Assembly: GCA_001643675.2 (NCBI GenBank)
Contig: LSRY02000012.1
Span: 682,001-746,000, forward strand
DNA length: 64,000 nt
Source: Monocercomonoides exilis PA203
Lineage: Eukaryota > Protista > Preaxostyla
Direction: 5' to 3'
Both the position numbers and the translations under genes were made by a program. The first letter of the stretch is position 1. The number at the start of each line of letters is the position of its first letter. Below, piece by piece: positions 1 through 10,400 of this stretch. The notes below the pieces were generated by a model. The model was given only the letters and a program-made list of their open reading frames with translations. It searched no databases and was not told the DNA's origin.

Positions 1-3000
1 GACAAGCCAGAAGAAGAATAGGAAGAAGGAGAAGGCGCATTTTTGTTCTGACAAGACAAACAACGTGAACGGACAGAGGAAGGCGAGGAAAAATCGTCAG
101 AGCCAGCTAAGTTGTGTGGGGCAGAGGTTGAAAGGCTCAGCTGTTGCTGCTGCTGTTGTGATTGTGATTGCGATTGCAATTGTGGTTGATATTGAGGATG
201 CAGCTGATATTGTTGAGGAGGGTATTGCTGCTGCTGCTGCGGTTGAATGAAGACAGAAGGTGCAGAGGAAGACATGAATGAAGGAGGAGTTTGGGGGGAT
301 ATGCCGAAATGAGGAGAGGAATAAAGAGAAGACGAGAAAGAAGAAGAAGAAGAACTGGAAGAAGAACTGGAAGAAGAACCAGAGGAGGAAGAAGAAGACG
401 GAAAAACAGACGATGAAAAGGAGGAACCAGAAGATTCCGATGTGATTGCAGTAGTAGCATCAGCATCAGCATTCGAAGCATCATAAGCCTTCATTGTATT
501 TGTATTTGTATTTCTATTTGATATTGCAGCTGCTGTTTTACTTGTAGTGTTATGATCATCGTCACTTGCCTGACAGAGAGAAATGCTGTGCCCACACTCC
601 ATCGAATGGCCTGTGTCCTCAGAAACAATTCGTGTTGGCGCAGAATTCGACGAAGAATCGCTGGAAAGAGCTAAATGTGAATGATTTGTGGGCGCAATGA
701 TCATAATTGGGGTGGTCTGCTGTGACGGCTGCTTGTTTGAGTGAGTGGAGATGAAGGAGCTTGGTCGATTATGGAAGGAAGGGGTTGAGGAGGGGTTGAA
801 CGGAGAAGTGGAAGAAGAGGAAGAAGAGGAAGAAGAAGAGGAGGAGGAGGAAGAAGAAGAAGGTGAAGAAGAAGAGGAAGAGGAAGATAATAACGATGAT
901 GATGAAGCCAAAGAAGAAAGAGATTCATGATTGTAACAAGGGGATTTGCCAGACTCAGAAGGAACAAGACGAGTCGGAGCAGGGCCAACAGAGGTTGTGG
1001 GTGTGAGTGTGGTGACAGGAAACAAAGAGGCAGGAGAAGAACGAGAAGAATGAGAAGAAGGGGAAATGGAGTCTGGTGAATGCAAGGGGTGCTGAAGAGG
1101 AAGGGAAGGAGGCATGGAGGGAGGAAGAGAGGGAGGAAGAGGCAAAGGATATGATTGGGTGGATGGTTGTGCGATTGGAAGATTCAATAGATTGCTTGAA
1201 TTGATATTAGTATTGGAATTGGAATTAGAGGAAGAGGAAGAGGAAGAAGAAGAGGAAGAATAATCAAAGTTCCTTGATTGACTATCCATTTTGTTAGAAG
1301 GCATGAGAGGTGGATTCAGATGAAGTCTGTTCGAATAGCACGAAAATTCATTTTGCAAAGAAGAAGAAGAAGAAGACAATGACGATGAAACTTTCTGTTT
1401 CTTCTTGGCGTCAATCAGAATTAACCCTCTTTCATTCACTGGATCCACCACAACACGCAGATAGCAGTGCTCATCTGTATCTTCATCATCATCATCATTA
1501 TCACCAGTATTATTATTATTATTACTTTCTTCTTCTTCTTCCACATCCATTCCTCCATTCTTAATCTTATCATTAACATTGGCATTATCATTTGCATTTC
1601 CCTTTGTACTTTCCTTCCTTCTCTTCTTCTTTTCCTCCTCCTCCTCCTCTTTCTCTCTCTTCCTCCTCTTCCTCCTCTTCTTCCTATCCAAACACAAATG
1701 CACAAAGTACTTCCCCCTCCATCGCGTGCAATACTTGCTCTTCCCTTTCAGCCACTCCCAGTTAAACCAGTCGTTCTTCGGGTGTACATATAGAAACGGC
1801 AGCTTCGCCTCCACAAACTGGTGGATGAAATGCGACGCATCCGACGGCTCGATCACATACTGCGGATACAACCCAGTCTCCACCACTGCTGACGTATACT
1901 TGATGTCGTTCCACTTCACTGGAATACCAAGACTCGCTGATTTCGTGCCCCATCGGCCCAATCCAACTGCCACAAAGGGAATATGCTGGCTGTGCAATGT
2001 GCTGTTCAGAAACGCCATTTCGCTCGCTGCTGTGTGTGTGTCCGTGCTGACAAAGGCGTCGGGGTCGCAGTAGACTATGTCAGCAATCGGGGGTGAAAAC
2101 AGAGGAGGGCCCAGCACTTTTACAGAGCGGCAGAGCAACGCAGAAGAAGGAAGAGAGAAAACGGAGATGCTTTTGGGTACATTGGCACGTGAAAAGGCAG
2201 TTGAATTGAGAGAAGAAGAGGCAGACGAAGGCAGCTGGTCAGATGATAGCTTTGCAGTGAAAAAGGAAGTCGATGAAATCCTCCTTATGGCACCTGATCC
2301 TGCTTTTCCTACTTCTCCTCTAACTCTTCCTTCTCTCCCTTCTTCTCTTTCTCTTTCACTTCCACTATCTTCTTCTTTTTCTTTTTCTTCTTCCTCCTCC
2401 AGTCCCTCCGATAGGAAAGTTGCAGGGACCGTGAAGTCTGCCGAGTCGTCCACGATGAGCGGGCGCAGCTTCAACAGCACGATTTCCACAGGATTTGTAG
2501 CCAAATTCACTGAAAGTGACACATTCACTGGGGACCCCATCGCCTTTGCTGCCACTTTCAAAATGTGGTCAACCGTCTTTGCGAAGTTGAACTGCTTCGT
2601 CTCCTTCATCAGCTTGTCGTAGGTCAGGCAGCGGATCGCCAGCTCGTCTATGCCAGGATAAAAGGGAACCAATCGATTATCTTCAAAGTTCAAGCACTGT
2701 GCTCCAAGTAATGAAAGCAAGCCGTCTTTCTCCATCTCTTCGATAGACGCGACAGTCAGAAACTGCGGAATGCCAAAAGCTTCTGTGTGGATGAGCGGGT
2801 CGAGGGAAGGGTCGACTGGATAAGGCGTGGCCGAAGGGCGGAAGCAGTGCGGATGGTGCACGCGGTGCTGGTGGAGGAAGTGGTGGGCGGGGGACAGCGG
2901 CGGCTTGCGCGCGGGTTCGAGTCCTGGTAGCGCCGACGTGTTGATTGAGGAGATTGTTGGGGTTGAATTTGGAATTGAAGAAGAAGAGGAAAAAGACAAT

Positions 3001-6000
3001 GAAGAAGAAGGAGAAGAAGGAGAAGGAGTAGAAGCATATGATGATGATGATGATTGCAATGTTGAAGCAATAGAAGAAGGAAGCACAGAAGAGCACTGGG
3101 ATGCTGTGTGGACGATGGATGGGATGGGCATTTGCGACACCTCTTGCAGTGTGGGCTCAGCATATTGAGGAGGAAAAGAGAGAGTGGCTGAGGGAGAATG
3201 CTGAAATGGAGGCAGAGCAGAAAGAGAAGAGTCAGTTTGAGAGAAGAGGGGAGGTTGGACCAAGGAAAGAACTGGAGAGGAGAAAGGAGAAGGGGAAAGT
3301 GAAGGAGAAGGGGACGGGATGGGTGAGCAGGCAACATAAGAGGAAGAGGAGGGAGAAAAAGAAGAAGAAGAAGAAGAAGATGATGATGATGAAGCAAATG
3401 AAGATTGCTTTGGTCGCAAAGAAGAAGTAATAGAAACAGAATTAGACGAAGGATAAGGAAGAGGATGAGGAAGGGGAAGGGGAAGTGGAAGAAGCGGCTG
3501 AGTTTGCATTTTGGCACAGAAGTTGGAAGGGTCGGTGACGTGGATAGAGGAATCTGAAGTGAATACAGAGTGAGAGGAGGATGAGGAAGAAGAAGAAGAA
3601 GAAGGCAAAGAATCATAAGCATGCGAATTCTGGTGTTGTATAGAAGAGGCAGGAAGAGAAGGAGGAATGTTGTATGGCTGGATGGTGACGAGGGAGGCAG
3701 GGTGAGTTGGAGAGGACGAAATGGACGGGGTGAATGAGAGACCGGGGAGCTGAGATGGAATAAAAAGAGAAGAATGAACTGGAGAAGAGGAGGAAGAGGA
3801 GGAAGAGGAAGAAGCAGAGTTCGAAGGGGGCGGTTGTGTTGTGAGGAGGACAGGAGATGAAATGGGGGTGACTGAAAGAGGGGTGGAGGTGATGGCGCAG
3901 CTGGTGTCTGCATAGAGCGGGGGCACACTCAACGGCGAAGGAAGAGCAGAAGAAGGATGAGAGATTATTTGACAGGGATTTTGACATGGAATTTGAGAGG
4001 GAATTTGAGGAGCATTTGAACTAAGGTGTGTTTGGTTGAGTGTCTTACTAAGTGCAGTTATTTCAGGCGATGACACGAACTGAAGATCGCCGATGGCTAC
4101 TGACGCTGCTCCTGTTGCTTCAGAATGAGAAGAATGAGATGAAATAGCTGGAACAGCAGAAACACCAGAAACACCAGAAAGGGAAGAATATCCAGCCTGA
4201 CCTTGGAACGGAGACAGGAGTTGAGGTGTCTTTGTGTCAGATGGAATGGGATCGGAGAAAATACATTCGTCCGGAGAATTAGTGACTGCTGTTACGAAGC
4301 TGCTGCTGTCAATTCCCCTCTTCCCGTTCTTCAGGAGCATTTCTTCTTTCTCCCGCTGAATTCGAATAATCTCCTTCATTTTTATCTCTCTTCCTTCCTC
4401 CTCTTCCTCCACCTCTTCTTCTTCTTCTTCTTCTTCTTTCTCTTCTTCTTCCTCTTTGTCGATGTCAATATCGATTTCGTTTTTATTATCAGCTCCCATT
4501 TCTTTCTCTCTTGCTTTCCCCTTTTCTTTTGCTTTTCCTTTCGTTTTCTCTCTTTTTCCTTTGCTTTCTTTATTTTTTTGGTTTTTATCATTTTCATCAT
4601 CCTCTTCCTCTTCCTTCTCTTTCTCCTTCTCCTCCTCCTCTTCTTCACTCACCTCCATCATCTGCCTCCCCAATCCCACTCTTCCTCTAAACCTTCCCAT
4701 CATCTCGCTCTTCCTCCTCCTCCTCCTTTCCTCGTCTTCTTTCCTCTCCTTCGACAGCTCGATGAACTTCCTCTCACTTTCTTTCTCTTTAATCATCTGC
4801 TTCACCTGCATTGTGCACTTTTGATCCACATCCAAGTTGAGGGCAATGAAATAGCGCTGTGTTCTTGACATGTAGTCATTTTGCTCCAAAAGATAGCTCA
4901 TTGAGGGCTTTGATGGGCAGAAGCGGAACTGCCGAATGGCCAAAGAAGGGTTCTTTGCCAGGGAAGAGAGAGAGGAGCGGGCAACGGATGAAGCAGAGAA
5001 GGAAGAAGAAGAAGAGGAGGAGGAGGAGGATGAAGACAATGAAGAAGCAGACGAATTTGAATTTGAATTCGAATTACTTCCTTTGTCTGGATTCGCCTGC
5101 AGCAGTGTGATGATCCTCTCAAAATCCTGTGTGTGCGTCCCCAGCCCCACATTCATCGCCGCATCGCCGTCAGCTGCGCTCATCGCGTTTGCATCCCTTC
5201 CTCCCGACGATCCGATTTTGATTGGGTAGAAATTCAAGCTCTGACACGAGCACGAGATGTGTGGGTAGAACAACCCCGTCTCTTTAAATCGTGTGCCAGG
5301 CACCTCCTGCACCATCACTGCCATTGCTTCGGATGAACACGACAGCCCCAGCGAGCGGCGGAAGGCGCGGGCTTTGCGGAAGAACGTGGACGCGTAGACG
5401 AGCTTGATGGCGTTGCTCAGCTGCTCTACACGCACCGCAAGTGACTCGTCGTTGTTGCCCAGGAAGAACGAGGCATAGATGCCTGTCACAGGCTGCCGGC
5501 GCGAGTCCTCCAGAAGCGACGACGAGCGCACCGCAACCGGGTGCTTCCCGAACGCGACGGTGATTTCAGTCAGAATCTGCATAATGTGCGGGGGCAAAGG
5601 AAAGGAAACGAATGTGGCAGCGATGCAGGCGTCGGTGATGTGGTCGGAGTCGAGCTCCGGCGATGAGAAGACATGCAAGTGGTGGTCTTCCAGAAACTGC
5701 AGGAAAACCGACGTGGACAAAGTGACGGTGCGGGGGATGCGGATCAGCAGCGCGTTCTCGTCGAAGTCTGTGTCGACCATCATCGAGTTGTTCACGTCGT
5801 TCACCAGGCGGTCGAGAAAAAGTAAGCCATGCGCTTTGCCTCCGACGCTGCCAGAGCCAACCGTCATGAAGAAGTGCCGCTCGCCCAGCAGGCTCACGTC
5901 GTAGTCCAGCGACAAGCCTTGTGTGTGGGCGAAGGAGTACTTTTTGAGGCATTTCTTCAGAAACTGACGCACACGCTCCACGTCGCCTCCGAAGTGGGTC

Positions 6001-7283
6001 ACACGGAAGCGGTGGAGGAACATCGACACGCCAAAGTCACCGCGCGCATACAGCCAGTGGGAGAAGTGGTTGCACTGTGCGTGGAACAAGAGAGACTCAT
6101 TTGGGATGTGCGACAGTAGCTGCAGCAGCTCGGTGTGCGTGGATGCTGGTGGGAGCTCCGGGATGGGCTTGCAGTCGGTAGGGGAAAGAGCGAAGAAGAG
6201 AGGAGAGAGGCAGATGAAGGTGTCGAGAAAGTGCTGAATGGAAGACAAGACATCTGCACTGTTCTTACGCGCAAATAGGCAGTTGCTGTATTTCTCTGCG
6301 ATTTCCTTGTTGGATGTGGCTGTAGACAGAAACAGGAATGGGATTCGTGGCAAAGGTTTTGACAGATATTTTGTTTGGGGAACAAGATCTCTCAAAACAA
6401 GACCAGCCATTTCAGGAAATTGTGATGTTTGAATAATATTCTTTTCGAGAAGGTGCCGAGTGGGCTGACTTCGCGGACCACGTTGATGATGTGAGAGAGG
6501 ATATTCAATGTCTGTGATCACACCATGAACTCTGTATTCATAGATATGAATGATTGATAATGCTTCTTCGAAAGAGGTTGCAAAAACAAGTTTTGGACGT
6601 GATCTTTTTCGTGCAAGAGAGTGTTTAGCCGATAGGCCTGGAGCAACCATTGTCCTTCTGAAAATCTCCGTGTAAATGTGAGGAAGATATTCACTGTAAT
6701 ATTGACAAGTGTCTTCCACAAAAAGAATAATGCCACAAAATCCTTCAATTACGTCACATTTGAGATTCCATTTGTCTTCTATCAATTTTATCAATGCCAA
6801 AAACAGCATAGGATCTCCGTTCCACAAAAAGAATCTAATATTGCGACTTTTGGAAAAAATAGGCATCCTCGAATCAAGTTCTAGCACAATTGGGAAAATT
6901 GGTGTGTTCGGTCTAAGTTTTCTCATTTCAAGTACAAATGACCACGTTGCGATATCATTTGTTGAATGCATAGAAATAATGATATCATAATTCACAGATG
7001 TCTTAAGAGCATTCAAAGCGTTTTCTGGCTTGCAATATTGAAAATTGGGGCAGGAGCTGAAACCCCAATTTAGAAAGCAAGAATCAATCTGAAAAAAGTC
7101 ATATAAGCCACCAACAAATAGAACTCTGTTGACTCGATCATTCATCATAGAGTAATAAGGCTGTCTATCGTCAAAAGTTAATAAATTCATTTGATTGAGT
7201 TGCTGTTCAGCCTCTTTTTGATTAAAATCTGCTGAGCTGTTGGTTTTTAAAATATTGCCTGTGAATGCCCTTGATTGTGCCAT
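1..7283 (-). CDS. Bacterial-type receiver-domain / PPDK_N (PEP-synthase-like ATP-grasp) protein with long low-complexity insertions; 3' end outside the window (>2400 aa)
   Basis: Manual translation of segments from ATG 7283 gives MAQSRAF..., LLTFDDRQPYYSMMNDRVNRVLFVGGLYDFF, FLWNGDPMLFLALIKLIEDKWN, GIILFVEDTCQYYSEYLPHIY, RSRPKLVFATSFEEA, VITDIEYP, NHFSHWLYARG, VGSGSVGGKAHG, IPRTVTLST, VAVRSSSLLEDS, MAVMVQEVPG, LLKLRP, GLGRWG..LGIPVKW, PSDASHF. All are in one frame and in the order I recall for the ~1000-aa Bacteroidota/Spirochaete PEP/pyruvate-binding domain proteins. The ORF track lists nothing in this frame from 1 to 7283, consistent with no stop before the window edge. Confidence 0.85.
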   Translation of the reverse strand, partial: MAQSRAFTGNILKTNSSADFNQKEAEQQLNQMNLLTFDDRQPYYSMMNDRVNRVLFVGGLYDFFQIDSCFLNWGFSSCPNFQYCKPENALNALKTSVNYDIIISMHSTNDIATWSFVLEMRKLRPNTPIFPIVLELDSRMPIFSKSRNIRFFLWNGDPMLFLALIKLIEDKWNLKCDVIEGFCGIILFVEDTCQYYSEYLPHIYTEIFRRTMVAPGLSAKHSLARKRSRPKLVFATSFEEALSIIHIYEYRVHGVITDIEYPLSHHQRGPRSQPTRHLLEKNIIQTSQFPEMAGLVLRDLVPQTKYLSKPLPRIPFLFLSTATSNKEIAEKYSNCLFARKNSADVLSSIQHFLDTFICLSPLFFALSPTDCKPIPELPPASTHTELLQLLSHIPNESLLFHAQCNHFSHWLYARGDFGVSMFLHRFRVTHFGGDVERVRQFLKKCLKKYSFAHTQGLSLDYDVSLLGERHFFMTVGSGSVGGKAHGLLFLDRLVNDVNNSMMVDTDFDENALLIRIPRTVTLSTSVFLQFLEDHHLHVFSSPELDSDHITDACIAATFVSFPLPPHIMQILTEITVAFGKHPVAVRSSSLLEDSRRQPVTGIYASFFLGNNDESLAVRVEQLSNAIKLVYASTFFRKARAFRRSLGLSCSSEAMAVMVQEVPGTRFKETGLFYPHISCSCQSLNFYPIKIGSSGGRDANAMSAADGDAAMNVGLGTHTQDFERIITLLQANPDKGSNSNSNSNSSASSLSSSSSSSSSSSSFSASSVARSSLSSLAKNPSLAIRQFRFCPSKPSMSYLLEQNDYMSRTQRYFIALNLDVDQKCTMQVKQMIKEKESERKFIELSKERKEDEERRRRRKSEMMGRFRGRVGLGRQMMEVSEEEEEEKEKEKEEEEDDENDKNQKNKESKGKREKTKGKAKEKGKAREKEMGADNKNEIDIDIDKEEEEEKEEEEEEEEVEEEEEGREIKMKEIIRIQREKEEMLLKNGKRGIDSSSFVTAVTNSPDECIFSDPIPSDTKTPQLLSPFQGQAGYSSLSGVSGVSAVPAISSHSSHSEATGAASVAIGDLQFVSSPEITALSKTLNQTHLSSNAPQIPSQIPCQNPCQIISHPSSALPSPLSVPPLYADTSCAITSTPLSVTPISSPVLLTTQPPPSNSASSSSSSSSSSPVHSSLFIPSQLPGLSFTPSISSSPTHPASLVTIQPYNIPPSLPASSIQHQNSHAYDSLPSSSSSSSSSSHSVFTSDSSIHVTDPSNFCAKMQTQPLLPLPLPLPHPLPYPSSNSVSITSSLRPKQSSFASSSSSSSSSSSFSPSSSSYVACSPIPSPSPSLSPSPFSSPVLSLVQPPLFSQTDSSLSALPPFQHSPSATLSFPPQYAEPTLQEVSQMPIPSIVHTASQCSSVLPSSIASTLQSSSSSYASTPSPSSPSSSLSFSSSSSIPNSTPTISSINTSALPGLEPARKPPLSPAHHFLHQHRVHHPHCFRPSATPYPVDPSLDPLIHTEAFGIPQFLTVASIEEMEKDGLLSLLGAQCLNFEDNRLVPFYPGIDELAIRCLTYDKLMKETKQFNFAKTVDHILKVAAKAMGSPVNVSLSVNLATNPVEIVLLKLRPLIVDDSADFTVPATFLSEGLEEEEEKEKEEDSGSEREREEGREGRVRGEVGKAGSGAIRRISSTSFFTAKLSSDQLPSSASSSLNSTAFSRANVPKSISVFSLPSSALLCRSVKVLGPPLFSPPIADIVYCDPDAFVSTDTHTAASEMAFLNSTLHSQHIPFVAVGLGRWGTKSASLGIPVKWNDIKYTSAVVETGLYPQYVIEPSDASHFIHQFVEAKLPFLYVHPKNDWFNWEWLKGKSKYCTRWRGKYFVHLCLDRKKRRKRRKREKEEEEEEKKKRRKESTKGNANDNANVNDKIKNGGMDVEEEEESNNNNNTGDNDDDDEDTDEHCYLRVVVDPVNERGLILIDAKKKQKVSSSLSSSSSSLQNEFSCYSNRLHLNPPLMPSNKMDSQSRNFDYSSSSSSSSSSSNSNSNTNINSSNLLNLPIAQPSTQSYPLPLPPSLPPSMPPSLPLQHPLHSPDSISPSSHSSRSSPASLFPVTTLTPTTSVGPAPTRLVPSESGKSPCYNHESLSSLASSSSLLSSSSSSSSPSSSSSSSSSSSSSSSSSTSPFNPSSTPSFHNRPSSFISTHSNKQPSQQTTPIMIIAPTNHSHLALSSDSSSNSAPTRIVSEDTGHSMECGHSISLCQASDDDHNTTSKTAAAISNRNTNTNTMKAYDASNADADATTAITSESSGSSFSSSVFPSSSSSSGSSSSSSSSSSSSSFSSSLYSSPHFGISPQTPPSFMSSSAPSVFIQPQQQQQYPPQQYQLHPQYQPQLQSQSQSQQQQQQLSLSTSAPHNLAGSDDFSSPSSVRSRCLSCQNKNAPSPSSYSSSGL

Positions 7284-7492
7284 GATAGATACAACCTAAG
7301 AGCTTTCGCAGAAATTTGATCGAAGCGACCCTTCATTAAATAAATGAAACCAAAGATTTTATCTCATGAACAGTTGTTCATTTGTTTGTATCTTTTTCTC
7401 AAATCGATTTTAATGATATTTATTGAATTTAGAAGTTTTACCATAATGAAAAACAAAGAAGAACGGTTCAATCGTAATTGTGTAAATTTCTC
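7284..7492. promoter_or_regulatory. Compact putative bidirectional promoter
   Basis: 209-bp AT-rich gap between divergent ATGs at 7283 (-) and 7493 (+). Confidence 0.45.
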
Positions 7493-10400
7493 ATGCAAAC
7501 AAACTTAAATCGTTCTTCATCAACTAAAAAAGTGCCAGCATTAAATCATGGAACGGATTTGCAAAGAAAGCAATCTTCTTCAAATCTTAAAACAGGACCA
7601 AAAACGAAAAGACAGTTCCCTCCTTTGCCAAAATTTGATGATTTTTCAAAAGAAGAAAAAGAAGTTTTAGAAGCGTCATCTCATCTTAATGGTCAAACTT
7701 TTCCAATTTGGAATCCTTCACTTCATCAAATTGGGCCAGCTCCACCTGACAGTAAATTATTTGAAGATTCTGTCCCTGTTCGTTACAACTCAAAGCAAGT
7801 GAATTACGGAGCAGTACTCGCGAGACCCAGTGATGTGTTTGAGTGCAAGCCAACTGACGTTAGTATATTCGGGGCTTTCAGTTGGAGGAATGCCAGACAA
7901 TCTGTTGTTGATGATTGTTCCGTAATTGCTTCACTGTTACTTCTTGGCTATGCAGAAGAACGTCTTAAGCTTGCATTTTTAACCAGTAATGTATATCCTC
8001 AACTTCCAGATGTAGGATGCGTTCCCAATCCATCCGGTAGATATTATGTTAGATTTTATTTCAACGGAGCATGGCGCATGGTAGAAATAGATGATCGTCT
8101 GCCTCGTCATCCATCGTCTTATGTGCGTCCAGAAAAAACTAAACGGCTTCTTTGTGGACACATTGCAGGAAAAAAAGAAATTTGGCTTTCTCTTTATGAA
8201 AAGGCGTATTTGAAACTTCGAGGAGAGAGTTATGGTACAGGCGATATACAAAGCGGAGAGACGATTCATTTCATGGCAAGCTGGATTCCGGACATCTGGA
8301 GACTATATCCATCTGAGGGCGATAATGACACAGAGAATATGAGCGAAGAGGATAAGAAAAAAGAGCAGCAAATGGAAAGTTTCTGGGAGCAGCTGAAGGA
8401 AGGATATGCGACTGCCACCACTTTGGCAACTGTGGGGTCAGATCCAGACATGTTGGACGGAGTTGTCGAAAGCACAGGGCTTATTCGCGATCATTGCTAT
8501 GCTGTGCTGGATGCAAAAGAAGTCGATGGACATCGGATGGTGAAACTGAGAAACCCATTTATGGAGCGAGGCTGGAAAGGCAAATTTTCATTGGAGGATT
8601 CCGGCTCATGGAGCGATGCGATGAAGCAGCGACTGCACTTCGATCCAGAAGAAGTGAAGAAGCGTCCAGACAACGGTGTCTTCTTCCTGTGTTTTGAGGA
8701 TCTCCGACGCTACTTCACAACAATGACTGTGTCCTGGTCGCCTCTCCTATTTCCCTATCAGCGCATGTCACACTGCCTGTTTGCAGCGCACCACCAGTTC
8801 GATGAAGAGCTGCAGCGGACGTATTATTCCCCGCAGTTTCTGGTGCGGAAGCAGCGCGGGCAGCGCTACTGGTTCCTGCTGCAGCGGCACTGGGAGGACC
8901 TGGAAGAGGAAGAGCTGGACGAGCCGATTGACCCGCTGATTGCGCTGCGCTTTCACGTGCACACGGTGTCTGTGACTGGGCCAGACGGCATGCTGCAGAA
9001 GAGGACGCGGCCCATTTCGAGTGTGCCGACGGTCTGCCGCGTGGCAAACGTGGAGAACAGAGTCGATCCGACGATATATTCGACTTGGATGTATGCGCTG
9101 GAGAAGATCGAGGACGACTTCGAAGGTTACTACACAATGGTTGTGTCGCTGATGAAGGCACCAAAACGCAAGAGGGACTTGAGATTCACCGTGTCGTGCT
9201 ACTCAAACAGGCCAGTGGCGGTCTCGCGAATCCCGATCATCCAAAAGAACCAGTGCAAGCTCCGCACGAAGACAAGGCCGTATCCTTTGATTCGACCACT
9301 TACACCGCGTGAAGGTGTGGATGTTGTGAAGAGAACGTCAATAAACTTAAAAGAATTGACATCTTCTGCTTCTTCATCATCATCACCCTCCTCCTCCTCC
9401 TCTTCTTCTTCTTCTTCTCCCACAACACCTTTATCTCCCCCGTCCACAGCAGGCGCAGCCATGCAGCGTGCTTCTGCAGCTCCTGACACTCTTTTCCCGA
9501 TTGTCTGCGATAAGCCTGGAGATGGGTCATTTCTTGCCTCACTCACAGACCAATCGCCTTATCTCCCTTACATCCGCATTGCACAAGTGATGTTTGCTCC
9601 ACAGTTTAACCTCACACTAACTCCTAATGAAGGAAGTACTTCTTCAGATCAAGCATCATCATCATCATCATCTTCTTCTTCTTCTTCACCCAGTTCTTCT
9701 TCAAATCTGCCTGGTGATGTCTCAATTGTGGTGGACAGCCAGTCAAACACACAGTTCTACATCGATGCTGAAGAGCTGAAAGCAGCGCCTTGTCCGTTTC
9801 TTCCGTCGTCTTCGCCATTCAATATGTCGATGACTGAGCGACGCTATGCGCCTTCTTCACTCCACTTTCTGTTCAGCAAGGCAGCGGCACAAATGATCTT
9901 CTCATTTGAATCATCTCAGGCTTCTTCTCCTTCCTCTGCTTCTTCCTCTTCCTCCTCTTCCTCTTCCTCTTCTACCCCATCTGACAAGGAATCGCCTCGA
10001 TATCTGCGGATTGCCACACCGTCTCCTCTGAACGACCTGGAAAGCAACGACGAATTCACCTTGACTGTTGTGCCACCCCCTGGTTACACAGCAAAAGTGG
10101 AGCAGATCTTGTCACCATGGCTGTATGCTGCATATCAGCTGAGCTGGTTTGGCGTTGCCGGCAAAATCGACGGGCAGAAGCAGAACCCGATGCAGATCAA
10201 GAGGAGATACTTTATTCTCGAAGCGGAGGGGAACACTGAAGTCTACATCCAGTTCCTGTTCAAGACGTCGGAGCTGCTGCTGTACAACCCGTACTTCAAA
10301 GTGTTTGAGCTTGGCGCTGTTGAGAAGGAGAGCGGAGAAGGAGCGGATGACGAGGACAAAGCGAAAGACGGGTTCTGTTCTGTGGCGAAGAAGCTGATGA

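Noticed and set aside
65-6990. Many short track ORFs rich in Leu/Phe/Glu/Arg on both strands
   Set aside because: Off-frame or antisense shadows of GAA/TCT-type low-complexity tracts inside the long minus-strand gene.
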